Shown here in pieces: positions 1 through 13,295 of a DNA stretch of 64,000 nt (position 1 is the first letter of the stretch; each line of letters starts with the position of its first letter). Location of the stretch: NCBI RefSeq assembly GCF_009834535.1, contig NC_045696.1, positions 20,710,001-20,774,000 on the forward strand, written 5' to 3'. The DNA comes from Camelus ferus. Lineage: Eukaryota. Both the position numbers and the translations under genes were made by a program. Under the pieces are notes generated by a model. It was not told where the DNA came from, did not search any database, and saw only the letters and a list, made by a program, of their open reading frames with translations.

Positions 1-3000
1 GGCAAACCTGTAAATTACTCTTAATTATCAAAAATAGAATGCATAAAGTGACTTTCACACTCTTGAGTATAAAACACATCAATAATTACCATTAGACATC
101 CTCTTGCAGCTATAATTCACTCACTTGATTTTCCAGAGTCTTCAATGTGCCTGATTTCCTTGGCCTGTTTCTCTCTCCCTGTTACTCATTATCCCTATTA
201 TCCCCCTCCCACTGACTCCTCAACTGGCACATTTCCATACTCCCCATTATGCTTACAGATAATCTCATTAAAAGAGTTCCGCTTACCAAAGAGCACTTGT
301 TACATCAAGGTTGGAACTGACATTAGACTCACTTCCCCACAGGCAATACTCAAGTGTTTTAGTATAAATATATGCTCACTTCTGGTGGCTGCTCAATAGG
401 TTAAGTGTATAGTCACATTACTGAGATCAATCGTTGCCTGTCTGAGCTAGCCTTGATGAGAGGATGGAAAAAATAGTTTTCAGTGAACTGGTCATTGACT
501 GAAATATCAAGTACCTTTTGTGTCAAAATGCTAACAATTTATAATCTACCAGAGATAGTGTTTCAAGATCATATGCTGATTACCTGGGAGTATTTATTCA
601 GTCTGATATCAAAGACCTGTGAAATCTTTGTGACTGCAGGGACACAAAGGTCCAGACAGCAGCACAGCTAAGAGATTACAAGATGACAAATACCTCACAA
701 TTAAATCTCCATCTCCCATCTGGATTTTGTTTACTATTTCATTTTGATCCATTTTTTTACTCACACATCTTCATATCAGGGGAAATTGGATATACTTGTA
801 AAATGATGATTTGCATTTGAAAAGAAAAACACACCCACCAAAAACATTGGTAGAACAACAGCTAACTACCCAAGAAAACGACACATACACCTCCTCACTC
901 AACTACCTCCTGCCAAGAGAACTAGGGCTCCCCGCCTGCTTAGATAACAGGTTGGCACATCACGCACACGCACTTCTGAGGAGTGGGTGGTGCTGAAGGA
1001 GCACAGCGGGGGCAGAGGGGTTGTTGGGAAGGAGTCTTGCTAGAAGGCCAACTGTACAAAAAGGTCAAGACAGCAGCTGTTGGTCCAACACTGAACATGC
1101 CTTCATAGGGCCTGAGTTAGTGGCAGAAGGTAGACAGCACAGTTCTGGCAAACTAATTTTATTTTTTTTCTGCATAGTACATTTGTAAGAATACATGAAA
1201 GTAAATTTTGTTTCACAGATGTCTGCTGCCTAATATTGCATTTTGTTTCCATATTCAAAAGTAGAATTTACCCCTTCATTAAGCCCTTGCTTTCTAAGTC
1301 AAGTAACCATTTTTATAGTCTGATTGTCACTTGAGCTTTAAAATATGATTTTCCTTTCCAAGAAGGAAAGGTGACATCGTGGTGAAATTATTCCAGCACT
1401 TAAACATGCTAAAAACAACTTAAACATGCTAAAAAAAAAAGCCAACATACTAGACCATTCCAGCAATTCCTTTCTTAATAATGAAAGTGGAGAGATAACA
1501 TTATTCATTTTCACAAACATATCCGGTTATCTTGAGGGAGTCTGGAAATTATATCACTACCTTAAGCAACATCTAAAGTTATTCCTATGTCTCTTCAATC
1601 AGACAATGCTAATCTACAGGCATCTTCTTTACAGTAAATCAAGTCTGACAATTAACAAATATTTTCAAAGGAAATTTTGAAATGGATATTTCTAAAAAAT
1701 TATGTATTTCTAAAAAATGATATAAAGGTCAATCAGCAACTTAATATGTGAGTCTTTAAACAGACTGACTTCTTTCTTTGATCCATGAATAAACTTTAAA
1801 TTAAAATTCCTTGTAAGGTCCAAATAACATATAATAAATTAAAGTTAAATTCATATACTATGTCTAAATAACGTTAAGCCTATAAAAACTTCACAGAACA
1901 CAGTACAATATCCAACATGAAAAATAAATTGGTGATATTTTGGTAAGAAAGAACGAGGCTTTTCCTTATTTGTCCACAGTTTTCTAATTTTTAATAAGGC
2001 ATATTTATCATAAGACCAAAGAAATTTCCAGACTATTAATTAATTAAATAGTGACAGTGACAATGCTAATTGGGGAGTTCTGTTTACCATTCCCTCCAAA
2101 TATTGCTAGGATTTTCCCTAAAGATTGTTTAAGAAAATACAATTATTCTCAGTATATTTCTATTCCAGAAGACAGTTGCTAATTTTCTCCTCTGAGAAAG
2201 CTCAGGATATGACAGAAAACCTCAGGTATAATCAGAAAAAATACTAGTGCAAATCTTACTGGACATAAGCATTCACTGTAACCAATATCCTTCAAAATTC
2301 TGATTAAAAACAATCTAGGAAATGGGATTGTGAAACAGTTATTTTTTTTTTCTTTTTAAATTATCCCTTCCATGTTTAAATCATATTAACAGAATAATGA
2401 AGCTTTTTTGGTGTTTCTAAGTTAAACACTGTAGTTACACCATTTTATCCAAATGATGTAGTTGCATCCATACATATTTCTATATTAGCAAAGCAAAAAT
2501 TTTGAAAACAATTCTTTGAAAGTAAAATTATATTTTTATCAACACAGTTAGTAACCTCACAAAGTATTAGAATCAGTAGGTCCTGGAAGTACTGAGCAAC
2601 AGCCTATCACGAGCACAGTTAGGAAGCAGGGCAGCAAGCACGTGCTCCTGCCACTTGCGTCTGCTCAACTGCCCCTGGTGGGGTGGGCTTTTGAAGCCTG
2701 AAGTGCAGCCTGCGTCTGGGCATGGCATGGAGCTGTGACTTCTTCCTTAAATAATACAGGTGCCTCTACAACCCAGAGTCTCTCTGGCTGTCTTAGGATG
2801 ATTTGCTCCAGAGGTAACATACAAGCTCACAGCAGCCCCGAAGGAGAGTTATTATAGAAGATTCTATTGTGTAATTGTGACTGCACTATGAAGAACCATT
2901 AAGGTGGTTAATAAAAAATACATGTGTGTGAGTGTGAATTCAATGTACTTTTACAGATAATTGTATAAAATTGTGAATAATCTGTACATTTAAATTGGTA

Positions 3001-4109
3001 TCCACATGATTAACATTTATATAAGGATTTTCTAAATCATCAGTCTTCAAAAGTAACATTTTATCGTGTATATTTTTTTAAAATTATGTTTGTTATTTTT
3101 TTTTAAAACTCACTGGAATTATATCTGATTCCAGAGAGGTTTTGTTTTGTTTTGTGTTGTTTGTTTGTTTGTTTTTTAATTCTCTATGTATGTAGTAAAT
3201 GACTTCCAGTATCTTTCTTTTTTCCTGTATATTACTAACCCTTCAGCTTCAGTGCTTTCAAAACCTAAAACATTAGAGGATATGTACTTCTTTTTTAATT
3301 AAAACTTATAACAAAGAACTATAATCAAAGGTGCAAAAATATGCAGAAACAACAAAACAAATTTTAGAAAGGAAGGAAGAAAAGAAAGAAGAGAGGGAAG
3401 AAGGGACTGAGAGGAAACATCAACAAATCTAAACACAGAAATAGAAAAATTAAAAGAACATATGTGGCTGTGAAGAATTTAAAAAATAAGAAATATCTGT
3501 TAGACTCTACTTGCCATCACTAATAATTATTGCTGACTTATGCAATAAAAATAATACATATATGAAGAAAAAATTTCAGTTTTACATCCAGCATATTCAG
3601 TGCACACAGATTTGCTGAACAATCCTTTTAGTTTAAAAAAAAAAAAGGAAGAAAGAAAAATAAAAACAGCAGTTATAATGTCTTATCAAATGATCTGTGC
3701 CAACTAGCCTCTGATTCATAGAGTAATTTGAGAAGCCATTACTCTAGGATAGAAAGCAGTATCATAGATAGTTACAATTTAAATATATTTGACAAGCTAA
3801 TCATTAGCTTGTTGAATAACTGATGTAAATTTTAGTTTATTTGAAAACTAAAATTGAAGTTTATAGTCATAATATTCTCTTCTATTGTAGATTAATAACT
3901 AAATAAAATCTTGTAAACTTTGTCAAATATAATTATTTTTGCCTTGTTTTTAAATATGCACACAGAACTTCAAAATTATCTGTGCATGTATATCTGTATC
4001 TCTCAGAAAATCAAAGTGCATCATCACATTTTAGAGAACTCTCTCTCTATATATATAAAATAAATGTATATTCTACATCATATCTTAATACTAGATATAC
4101 ATTGACGAC

Positions 4110-4250
4110 TGCACACGGATTCCAACCCTATTTAAACTCAAGTTCCAACATCTTGGACAAATTAAGTAACCATGCTACCTCAGTTTCCTCATTTACATAT
4201 GGGTATAATAATGGTACACAACTCACAAAGCTGTTGTGAAATTACCATGA
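4110..4250 (+). mobile_element. MIR SINE fragment
   Basis: MIR core-like cttggacaaattaagtaaccatgctacctcagtttcctcatttacatatggg...gctgttgtgaaatta. Confidence 0.7.
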
Positions 4251-5939
4251 CTGATATGAGTTAATTTTGTATAGAATGAGTGATTTTTGCCATTGATTTC
4301 CTTTCCAACTAAGCACTTTAGAAAAAACACTAGGGTATATTTGGTTTGTTATTTAAAAAGTAGTCACAGTACAGTAATACAGATATTTTGGACAATTAGT
4401 TGTCTTTAAAGATATTTCATGATTTCTCAAAGTGTGAGTCAAAGTCAAACATTAAAAATCATAAACATATAAAAATGAACCTTTTGTTCTATATGATTTA
4501 ATAGCATAGAATAACCTTATAGTATCCCCAAAAAGTAACCTGAATACACTTCTTTTATTGATTTTTAAATTCCTAAAACACAAAGAAAATAATTTAATAG
4601 AATATCTACATTCAATGAACATAAGAGCAGAATTTGTCATTTTAAAACTCATCCCATTATTTCAGCAATTCAAAGTTCTAAACAACACCTTCAATATACT
4701 GTTCTGGCAAACCAGTGATTCCTTTGTATTTCTTTTATAATAGGAAACTTATTAAGTGTATTGATAATAAAAAATATTGACAGATTATATAACCATTTTT
4801 ACTTTCACATCCAGATATTTAAGAATACGTTATACTTTTAAAATAATTTACTCTCACTTTTCTTAATAAAGTAAGTGGATTATATGGTGAAAAGAACAAC
4901 AGAAAAGACCATAGTTACAGGGGATTATTTCTATTGAAAAGTGTATGACAGGGACCCAGAAGTAGTTGCTGTCAGAAATGGAGAAGGATTATAGAAAGAT
5001 AAACACAGAAGTTTGCTAATATGCTACCTTTTCTCTGGTACTTCTGAACTTAAGTTATTATGCAAAGTGACACATGTCTTTTGAATTCCTGGCAAAGCAA
5101 TCTCATAGTAAGGGGCATAAAACTCACGTCTCTTTCTGAAGTTACTTGATTATGGGAATTTTAACTTCCTTAGGGAAAACATGTTTTCTCTTTCTTCTTT
5201 CACACTCTTTGAAACTCCTAGTTATGCTGAAATATTTTCTGTAAAGCACATAAGACACCCCCAGCACCCTAAAAGGCAAAAATGTACAGGAAATTATTGT
5301 ACAAATGTATATAAATAAACACAGATATTCTAATAGCCTATCAGTTAAACAAGTATCATAACCAGTAGAAAAATTTAGACTTCTACTCCTATGGAAGGAA
5401 AAGTTAATATTCCCATACATTTTGGAAAGTAGAAAATCAAAGTGTTTTTTATACAAAAGTACATTGTCTCTCAGGACAAAACTTGACTTTTTATACAAAT
5501 AAACCATAACAAATTAATTTACAACAGCAAAATCTTGGAATTTTTATTTTCTCCTCTTGGTAAATAGATGGCTTTCTTTTCTATAGGCAAAAAATTAGTA
5601 ATTGGAGAAAGAATTTATCTAAAAATTATTTCCATTATTCAAAACACTTCTGATTCAGAAAATAGATTGCGAAACTATTTTATCAATAATACTTTCCCAA
5701 AGTTCATACAGCATAATTTTATGGATATATTTCTAACATGGAAGTTCCCAAAAGTGGTAAAATTTCTCACATACCCAGTAAATCATCTTTAGAAGTGGAC
5801 ATGGCTTTAAAGAGTTGAAAAAGGGAAACTGTGGAGGTGGGGCAGAATCCCTGAATAAAGGAATATGATCTCAGAGAACTGACCAACGTGGCCATAAAGG
5901 CTCATTTCAAGGTCTTAGTGGATGAAATTCATCTGTATA

Positions 5940-6440
5940 TTCATCAAGCTATTCATTCATATATCAATTCGTTCAGCAAATATCCACGTGGTTCTACAAT
6001 ATGACATGTACTGCTCTCATCCAGGGAACAGATGATGAAGACAGCAGACAAGAACCTGCTGTCTGTGGAGTTTAGACTTATAAAGGATACAGACAAAAAA
6101 TGATCACCAAATTAATAAGCATTAATTGTAGATGGTAGTAAGATTTATGTTAAAAATGAAACTGGGAACATAACAGTATCTCATAGGATATGACTATCAG
6201 ACACGGAGGTCAAGACTTAACTGCTTGAGGAAACGGCATGTGAGCTGAGTGTGAGCTGAGGCCTGAATGAAAGGAGAGAAGCAGGGTCGTGCAAAGATCT
6301 ACTGGAAGAATGTCTCAGGCAGTGGGAATAGAAGGGGCAATGCACTCAGGGAGGAAGACTACTGAAGTGTTTGTGGAACACAAAGAAAATATGTATGACC
6401 TTGGCTGGTATAGGATGTGGCTAGTGCAGGAAATTATTGA
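5940..6440 (-). mobile_element. LINE-2 3' fragment
   Basis: attcattcat...cagcaaatat is the reverse complement of the L2 3' tail, followed by purine-rich L2-like body sequence. Confidence 0.7.
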
Positions 6441-6524
6441 TGAGCAGTTGTGGGAGGATTTCAGCTAGAGTAAAAATATTTCAAAAAGCCCCCAAAGTTA
6501 ATTTCCATTAAGTCTGCATCACTT

Positions 6525-6730
6525 AGCACACACGGTTCCAAGGGTTTTATCCATATTAAAGTATTCATTAAAAATTCCTATTAAAAGGTACTATTATTTC
6601 TCAGTGCAGAAATAGAGGTTCTAAAAGGTTAAGAAATGTCCCTGTAAGTTGAGCATTTTGTAAATGGCGAGGGTATGGACTTCAGTCTATACCCAAATCC
6701 TGTATGTAGAGTGGCAGTGCTGTGCTGCCT
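6525..6730 (-). mobile_element. MIR SINE fragment
   Basis: aggtactattatt...gaaatagaggttctaaaaggttaagaaatgtccc resembles the reverse MIR core. Confidence 0.55.
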
Positions 6731-6808
6731 TCTTTTAAGTTTTACAAAGGGCATGTAAAGGCTGTATGAACACGAGTTTATTACAGGGATGTAGAAGCAG
6801 AAGCAAGG

Positions 6809-7191
6809 TGCTATGGGCTGAATATCTGTGTTCCCCTCGCCCCAAATTCATATGATAGACTGAAGCCCCAGTCCTCAGTGTGATGGTATTTGGAGGTGGG
6901 ACTCTTGAGAGGTAATTAAATCTTGAGTATAGAACCCCTTTAAAGGGATTAGTGCCCTTATAAGAAAAGATATGAGAAAGATGATCTCTCTTCTTTGGCC
7001 ATGTGAGGTTACAGTGAGAAGGCAGGTGTCAATGAAGAAGAAAGCAAGCCCTCACCAACATCCTAATCTGCTGGCACTTCAATCTTGGACTTTTCAACCT
7101 CCAGAACTGTGAATTTTTTTTTTTTTTAAAGCTGTTGTGTAAGTGACCCAATCTATGGCATTTTGTTCAAGCAGCCAAGCAGGTTAAGACA
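6809..7191 (+). mobile_element. MaLR solo LTR, MLT1A-like
   Basis: Starts TGctatgggctgaat, contains gggattagtgcccttataaga and tcttggacttttcaacctccagaactgtg, ends taagaCA. Confidence 0.9.
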
Positions 7192-7199
7192 CAGGAATA

Positions 7200-8060
7200 C
7201 TAATCTGCAGTGGTAGTTGCTTGGCTTGAAGTCACATCATGGTTTGTAAAAAATACTGCTAGGCTGCTAGGCTATTGTAATAATTTTGGCTTATAAGATG
7301 CATAGAGTATTCAAGGATATATATTTGTCTTTGGGATTTAAGCAAGCAAATATGTGGTACTTCAATTACCTCCGTAGGGGAAGACCAGGGTATGTTTGGA
7401 TGCAGGGTAAGTTTTATTTCAGACATGCTAAATTTCTGGCGCTTTTTAGGGGGGATATCAATTCAGCAATGGAGAGAGGACCTAGATATTATCAATACAC
7501 TGATGGAGACTAAACTCATAGCAGTAGAAGGGATCACCTAGACAGAGAATAGAAGAAAAAAGAATTGAGTCTCAATCAAGAAATATTTAGATATTAGTCT
7601 GAAAGGGAAGATCCAGGAAAGGAGACAGAAAGGTTTTGGAATAGGAAGCAAACCAACAAAATACGGTATTATTGAAAATAAAGGAAGAAAGTGTTTAGGA
7701 AGGAGTCATCCCCTAAGAAGTAGGCTGTCGGAAACCGGAATAAGATACACAGAAAGATTCCATGATAAAGTTGGTTTGACTGACAGAAGATATTTCAGTC
7801 AACTGAAGGGGATGAAAGACAGTATAGAACAATGTATGCACAGAATAGGCGATGGGAAGGCAAAGACAGGTTTTACAAATGCCTATTATAAATGTCAGCA
7901 TAAACTTGGTGGCTGAAGGAAAAGTAAATTTGATGGAACATGAAGTTGAGAAAATATATTTTTAAGAGAAATACCAAAGTCTGTTAGATGCCAGTGGCAT
8001 TAATTCAGTAGAGAAGGGGAAATTAGTGATTGAGAAGAGATAAAACACATGCTGGAAAGA
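7200..8060 (-). mobile_element. LINE-2 fragment (continuation of the element interrupted by MLT1A)
   Basis: Purine-rich L2-like sequence, e.g. ttttatttcagacatgctaaattt and aaggaagaaagtgtttaggaaggag. Confidence 0.55.
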
Positions 8061-8544
8061 AGTCCTTGAGTAATCAATTCTTACAAATCAATTTTTTAAA
8101 GACTAACAGCCAACTCGAAAGTGGTAAAAGACAGGAATAGGCATCATGTTAGAAAAGTATATTTAAAGCCTTACAAAATGAAGTGCTTAACCTCATACGT
8201 AATTAAAGACACATGAATTTAATTTAAGAAATTTTGCTTATCACAGTAGAAAAGTTCAAAAGTTTAATAATAATGTCAGCATGGGTGAGAAGAGGTAGAT
8301 ACAGACGCACACTGTGCAAGTTTAAATTAGTGAAGCTTCACTGGACAGCAAATCAACAATATTTTTCTAAATTAAAACTGTAATACCTCTTTTTTTTTCC
8401 ACAAACTTCACTTTTAGCATTTTTAGCTTTGGAGGAAGATTATTAGATTTATTTTTACTGCTTAACTTTTAAACATGTTTAGGGCACAGTTATCTCTTTT
8501 TTGAATTAAAATGACCTACTAAATATTTTTTAAAAGTTCAAACA

Positions 8545-9085
8545 TTATCTAGCAACCCCACTTTTTGGTATTTATCCAAAAAGAATTGAAATCAGGATCT
8601 TAAAGAGATATCAGTATCTCAATGTTCAGTGAAGCACTATGCATAATAGCCAAGATGTGGAAAGAACGTAATGCCCATCTATGCTATCAATGGATAAATG
8701 TGTGTGTGCATGCACGTGCGTGCTTGTGTGTATGTGTGTAAAATTCAGTCTTATAAATAGAAGAAAACCCTGCAAAATATGACGTGGATGAACCTTGAAC
8801 ACATTATGCTAAGCAAAATAAGCCAGTCACAAAGAGACAGTATATGATTCCACTTATATGAGGTATCTAAAATAGTCAAACTCATATAATCAGAAAATAG
8901 AATGATCATTTGGGGGCTTGTGGGGAGAGGGAAATGGAAAATTGCTAACCAAAGCACAAAGTTTTAATCACGCAAATGAATGAGTTCTATAGATATGCTG
9001 AACATCACTGAACATAGCTCACGATACTTAAAATGTTAAGAGGGTAGATCTCATGTTAAGTGTTTTTACCACAATAAAATTAAAT
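8545..9085 (+). mobile_element. L1MA/L1MB-type LINE-1 3' end
   Basis: agcaaccccactttttggtatttatccaaa...gcactatgcataatagccaagatgtgg...gttaagagggtagatctcatgttaagtg...aataaa matches the L1 ORF2 end and 3' UTR. Confidence 0.9.
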
Positions 9086-12000
9086 TGAAAACATACCTAT
9101 AAAACTGCACGCCTTTCTAGAAAAAATAAATGTAACAAAAGGAATGCAACATGACCACTGGGGAAAAAACAGTGTTTTCGGGTTAATTCTTTTCTCTTAA
9201 TGACAGGCAGATGGAGGAAAAATGGATGAATGGATGGATGGCTGAATAGCCAGGCTTCTTATATATTTATGATCATGTTATTCTTAATATGTTGTAGCTG
9301 CTCTTTTAATAAGCTTTATGTGGTAATAACTTCCCTGTGTCAATCAGACATTTTTCAGAGGATAATATTTATGACTAAATTACATTGCAGCCAATAGATG
9401 TACCATAAATTATTTCATGACTTTGCCAAATAATCATTCCAGGTAGATTATGCAAATCTAACATCCCACTAGCTTCATACAAATGGCTCTTTTTACTGTA
9501 AAAAAGTCAAGTGGAGGGTTATCATTTTCAAAAGGGCTCTAAGTTTGGGAGATTGGGACTAAAATGTGGGAGACTGGGACTAAAAAGTAATATCACACTG
9601 TTGTTTTAACTTTAGTTTTTAAATTATTAGTTAGGTTAAATATGTTCTCAGAAGACAATTAGCCACTTTTCCCCCTTTCTCATATTTGTTTTGCAATTAT
9701 CTTTTCTTATGTTCTTGACAATTTATTGTCTCTCCTCGTTTATTACAGACCCAATATTAATTACTAATTATTTATTTCTATAATTTTATGATACAATTAT
9801 GAAAATGATTTTACATGTTATAGTAGTTTACTAAATATATATAATACTCTTAAAACATTTATATTGTATGATTATCAATACATATTTTAAATTTTGTTTT
9901 AAGCTCCATTTATTCTTCAGTATTCTGAAATCTAATATATGTTCAATTAACCTATTTATTCTTAGCCCATTAAGAAGATTTCCTGGCAAACCATTTTGCC
10001 TAGATTATCTTACTTGTAAAAACAGAAAATTAAATATAGAAATTAACAAGGTAAGCTTCATTAGAGGAAAAAAGCCACAAGAACTTAATTTTTAAAGAGC
10101 AATTAGCAAAGGAAAGTATCTTCTTCCATATATATGAAGAACAATATATTTTTTCACAAAGTGGCATGTCTTTCCTGAAAAACTACCTGAAAACTTTCCT
10201 GAAAAACTATTGGAGAAGAAATAATCAACTGAATCAAAAGTAGTAAGGACAAAATGATAGTGATATAAGAAGGAATTAGAGATAACAGAGAGAATGATTT
10301 AAGAGAGACCTCCTAACTAACTGGAGTCAAGTACAAATTAACATTGTGTCATTTGAAATGTAAGAGCTGTGGTGAAGTGAACATATTTCCCAGGGCCAAT
10401 GAAATGAAATCAGAACACAAACTATTTGATCCAGGCACATAACATCTGGGCATGCTCCAATGAAAATTTAAACACTTCTTCAAATTTTCATTTGTCTGGC
10501 AATACTGACTAGTTTCATTGCCATTTTAATAAGGCATTTGGAGCTACTCTTCTCAATGACCTTCCCTACAATGTGCATGAGGGATTATTGCATCTGAGAA
10601 CTGACAGGGCATTTTAAATGAATTTGGACATTATCTTTGCTAAATATGTAAACATCCTGTGATTTCTGACTGCTGAATGCATACTGCACTCATGTATATG
10701 TGATTTTGAATTGAGTTCCTCTGCAATTAATCTAATGTAGTAACACTGACCATAAACTTACTGTCTTTTAGTGAGAGTCTAGCCCCTAATAAAAAAGAAT
10801 CAAATACCATGCTCTCAGTCCAGTATATCTCTCTACTGTTTTGCATTTATGCAGTTCCTTAGACATATTTTAATTTCTTTTAGTCCCTAATAAGTCATTA
10901 TGGAATATACCAATGAGATACATAGGTAAGAAAAAAATAACACTATCCTCGATAAGGAACAATGTTTTGATATTAAACAGTTTGCCTATTTCAAATGACT
11001 AAAAACAAAAGAATCAACTGTACTATCCATGTTCTTTGTCATTTCATCTCACTCTTCTTTTTTAAAACAATAAATTCACTTGTTTAAGCCATCCTTAAAA
11101 ATTTTAATTATCATTGTAACAGTAATAACTAGTAGTAGTAGCAGTACTAGTACTATTAAGAACAACATCTAACAATGTATTTTATCATGATGTGCTAAGC
11201 TCTTTGTGATCTGTTTTCGAGGCTCACTGTCCATCTTTGATCTGTTTTCTAGGCTCACTGTCCATCTTTACCGTTTATCATTCCCACCCTTTCCCAGTCA
11301 TATTCTATTCTCCAGCTGTGCTGAGCAACTCGTCATACTGCTTCATACCCCTGCTGGCTTACATATGCTGCTATTTCCCTCAGACTTGATCATTTTCTCA
11401 AACTTCTTTAACACTCTGTTAATGATTTTTAACATCTATATGACCTCTACTAGAAAACCTTTACCAATCTGTTCTAGCACAGTCTAAATTTGGATAACTA
11501 CCCTTTCCCATAGCATTTTGTGTAATATATCAGTGTTTACGGAGCATTGGGAAATTTACTAAAATCTTTATTTTAATCACAGCTGGGTTTATCAAGTTAA
11601 TAAACCTTAGATTTCAAGATTCCTTCCTTGTAGTGGAATCTTTTGGTGGATCCTTGTAATGTGTTCACAAAGTATTTTAAAATAAGATCCAACAGAGAGG
11701 AATAACTCATTGAATTGAGACCAGCATTCCGCACTGTTTTTCCTCTTGGAGAGTCTGCCAACTCTTGTCTTACAAGCCATGAAGAAGACAGCTGCTATTA
11801 TGCAGAGTAGACCACATGGTTAACCACAATCACATGAAAATTAAAAGCGGCACTCCAGACTTTCTAGGGTGCTAGGATGTAAAGATCCATGGTCTTGAAT
11901 ATAAGAAAGAAGCAGAGAAGGGAGCCAGGTATTTGGATTTCCCATAAAGACATTTGCTGATTACTAAGCTTTGAAGGACAAGAGGAAAAAAGTCAAGTAA

Positions 12001-13049
12001 AAAGTGAAAGTAAAAAAGGTGCAGCAAAATTTTCAGCAGTCGTATTTTCCTAAGGAGCAAAAAATTAAAGTTCAGGACTCTGAAAGGAGGGTAGTCTTGA
12101 ATATAAACAAACAAATCAATCAATAAATAGAAAAATAAAACACAAAAATCAAAACTTAGTTGGCACCACAATACTTAAGAAGTACAATGAATCAGAGATA
12201 GGCCAAACTTTATGAAGACTACTCCAGAAAGAAGTCATTAGAACAAGGTGATCCACTCTTCTGATGCTTGGAAGAAGATCAGACTGGGAGAATAATTCAA
12301 CCTAAGTTTTATAAATAAACAAATACATATATATATATTATATATGTATATACACACAAACACACATACATACATACACATATTTGTCATAAGAATAGCT
12401 TGCATTCATTTAAGAATCTCAGGATTTACTAGGCATGCCACAGGGAGGACCAAGATATGAAACACACAATACAACCAGACTCAAACCTGCTCAAGATACT
12501 GGTCTTCTAAAGAGCAGATTTAAACACAACAGTAATTAAGTTATTCTAAATGGCATAACTTGAGAATTTCATCAGTGGTCAGAAATCAATAGGAAAAAAA
12601 TGGAAATTATAGAAGAGAAAAATATAGTAAAATAAATGAAGATACATCTAACATAATAATGGTCACATTAGACAAGAATTTCATTGTACTGAAAGTTGAA
12701 TCAGCAGAAGATAACCAGTAGAAGTACAAAGAGGGGGAAAAAAAAATGAATCTACAGAAAAGAGTGTAAGTGCAAGTTACAACCGTGAACAACAGGAACA
12801 TAATTCCCCTGGACTACTTATCAACAAGGAGTAAAACAAGTTCTTCAGAGCAACTCCACAAAGGCAAAGATTCTCAGAGACACTGGTCAATCCTTCTCTA
12901 ATGACTTTCTTATTATTTTATGGAGGAAGTATGCCTTAGTCCCCCTACTTGAACCTGGTCATCAGTGGGGTTTAGATAACGAATACACTCCAACATTCCC
13001 ACCTCTCAGACTCATTTGACCTCTTATTTGATGGTCTGTGAAGACATGC

Positions 13050-13295
13050 CGTAAAGTGGTTAGGCATTTCCGTTTTCAGATTCTTACTAGGAATTTAGCA
13101 CTTCTATAACCTCAGAAAACTTACTTTCTAAATTTTGTGCATCTCAGCCTTCTTACTTATATAAAAGAGAAAATAATATAAGCCAAATAATAGATTTTGG
13201 GGGAATAGAAAATAAATTAATACCTGCAAAATGATTAGAAAAATTGCTTGTATATACTTAGCAGTCAATATACCTGTATTATCATCATTATCATA
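13050..13295 (+). mobile_element. Diverged MIR SINE
   Basis: MIR-like core (catctcagccttcttacttatataaaagag) and 3' tail gcagtcaatatacctgtattatcatcattat. Confidence 0.5.

Noticed and set aside
5128..5238. Minus-strand exon-like segment with GTGAGT donor (ORF 5142-5507)
   Set aside because: Stops in all frames before the donor; no recognisable protein.
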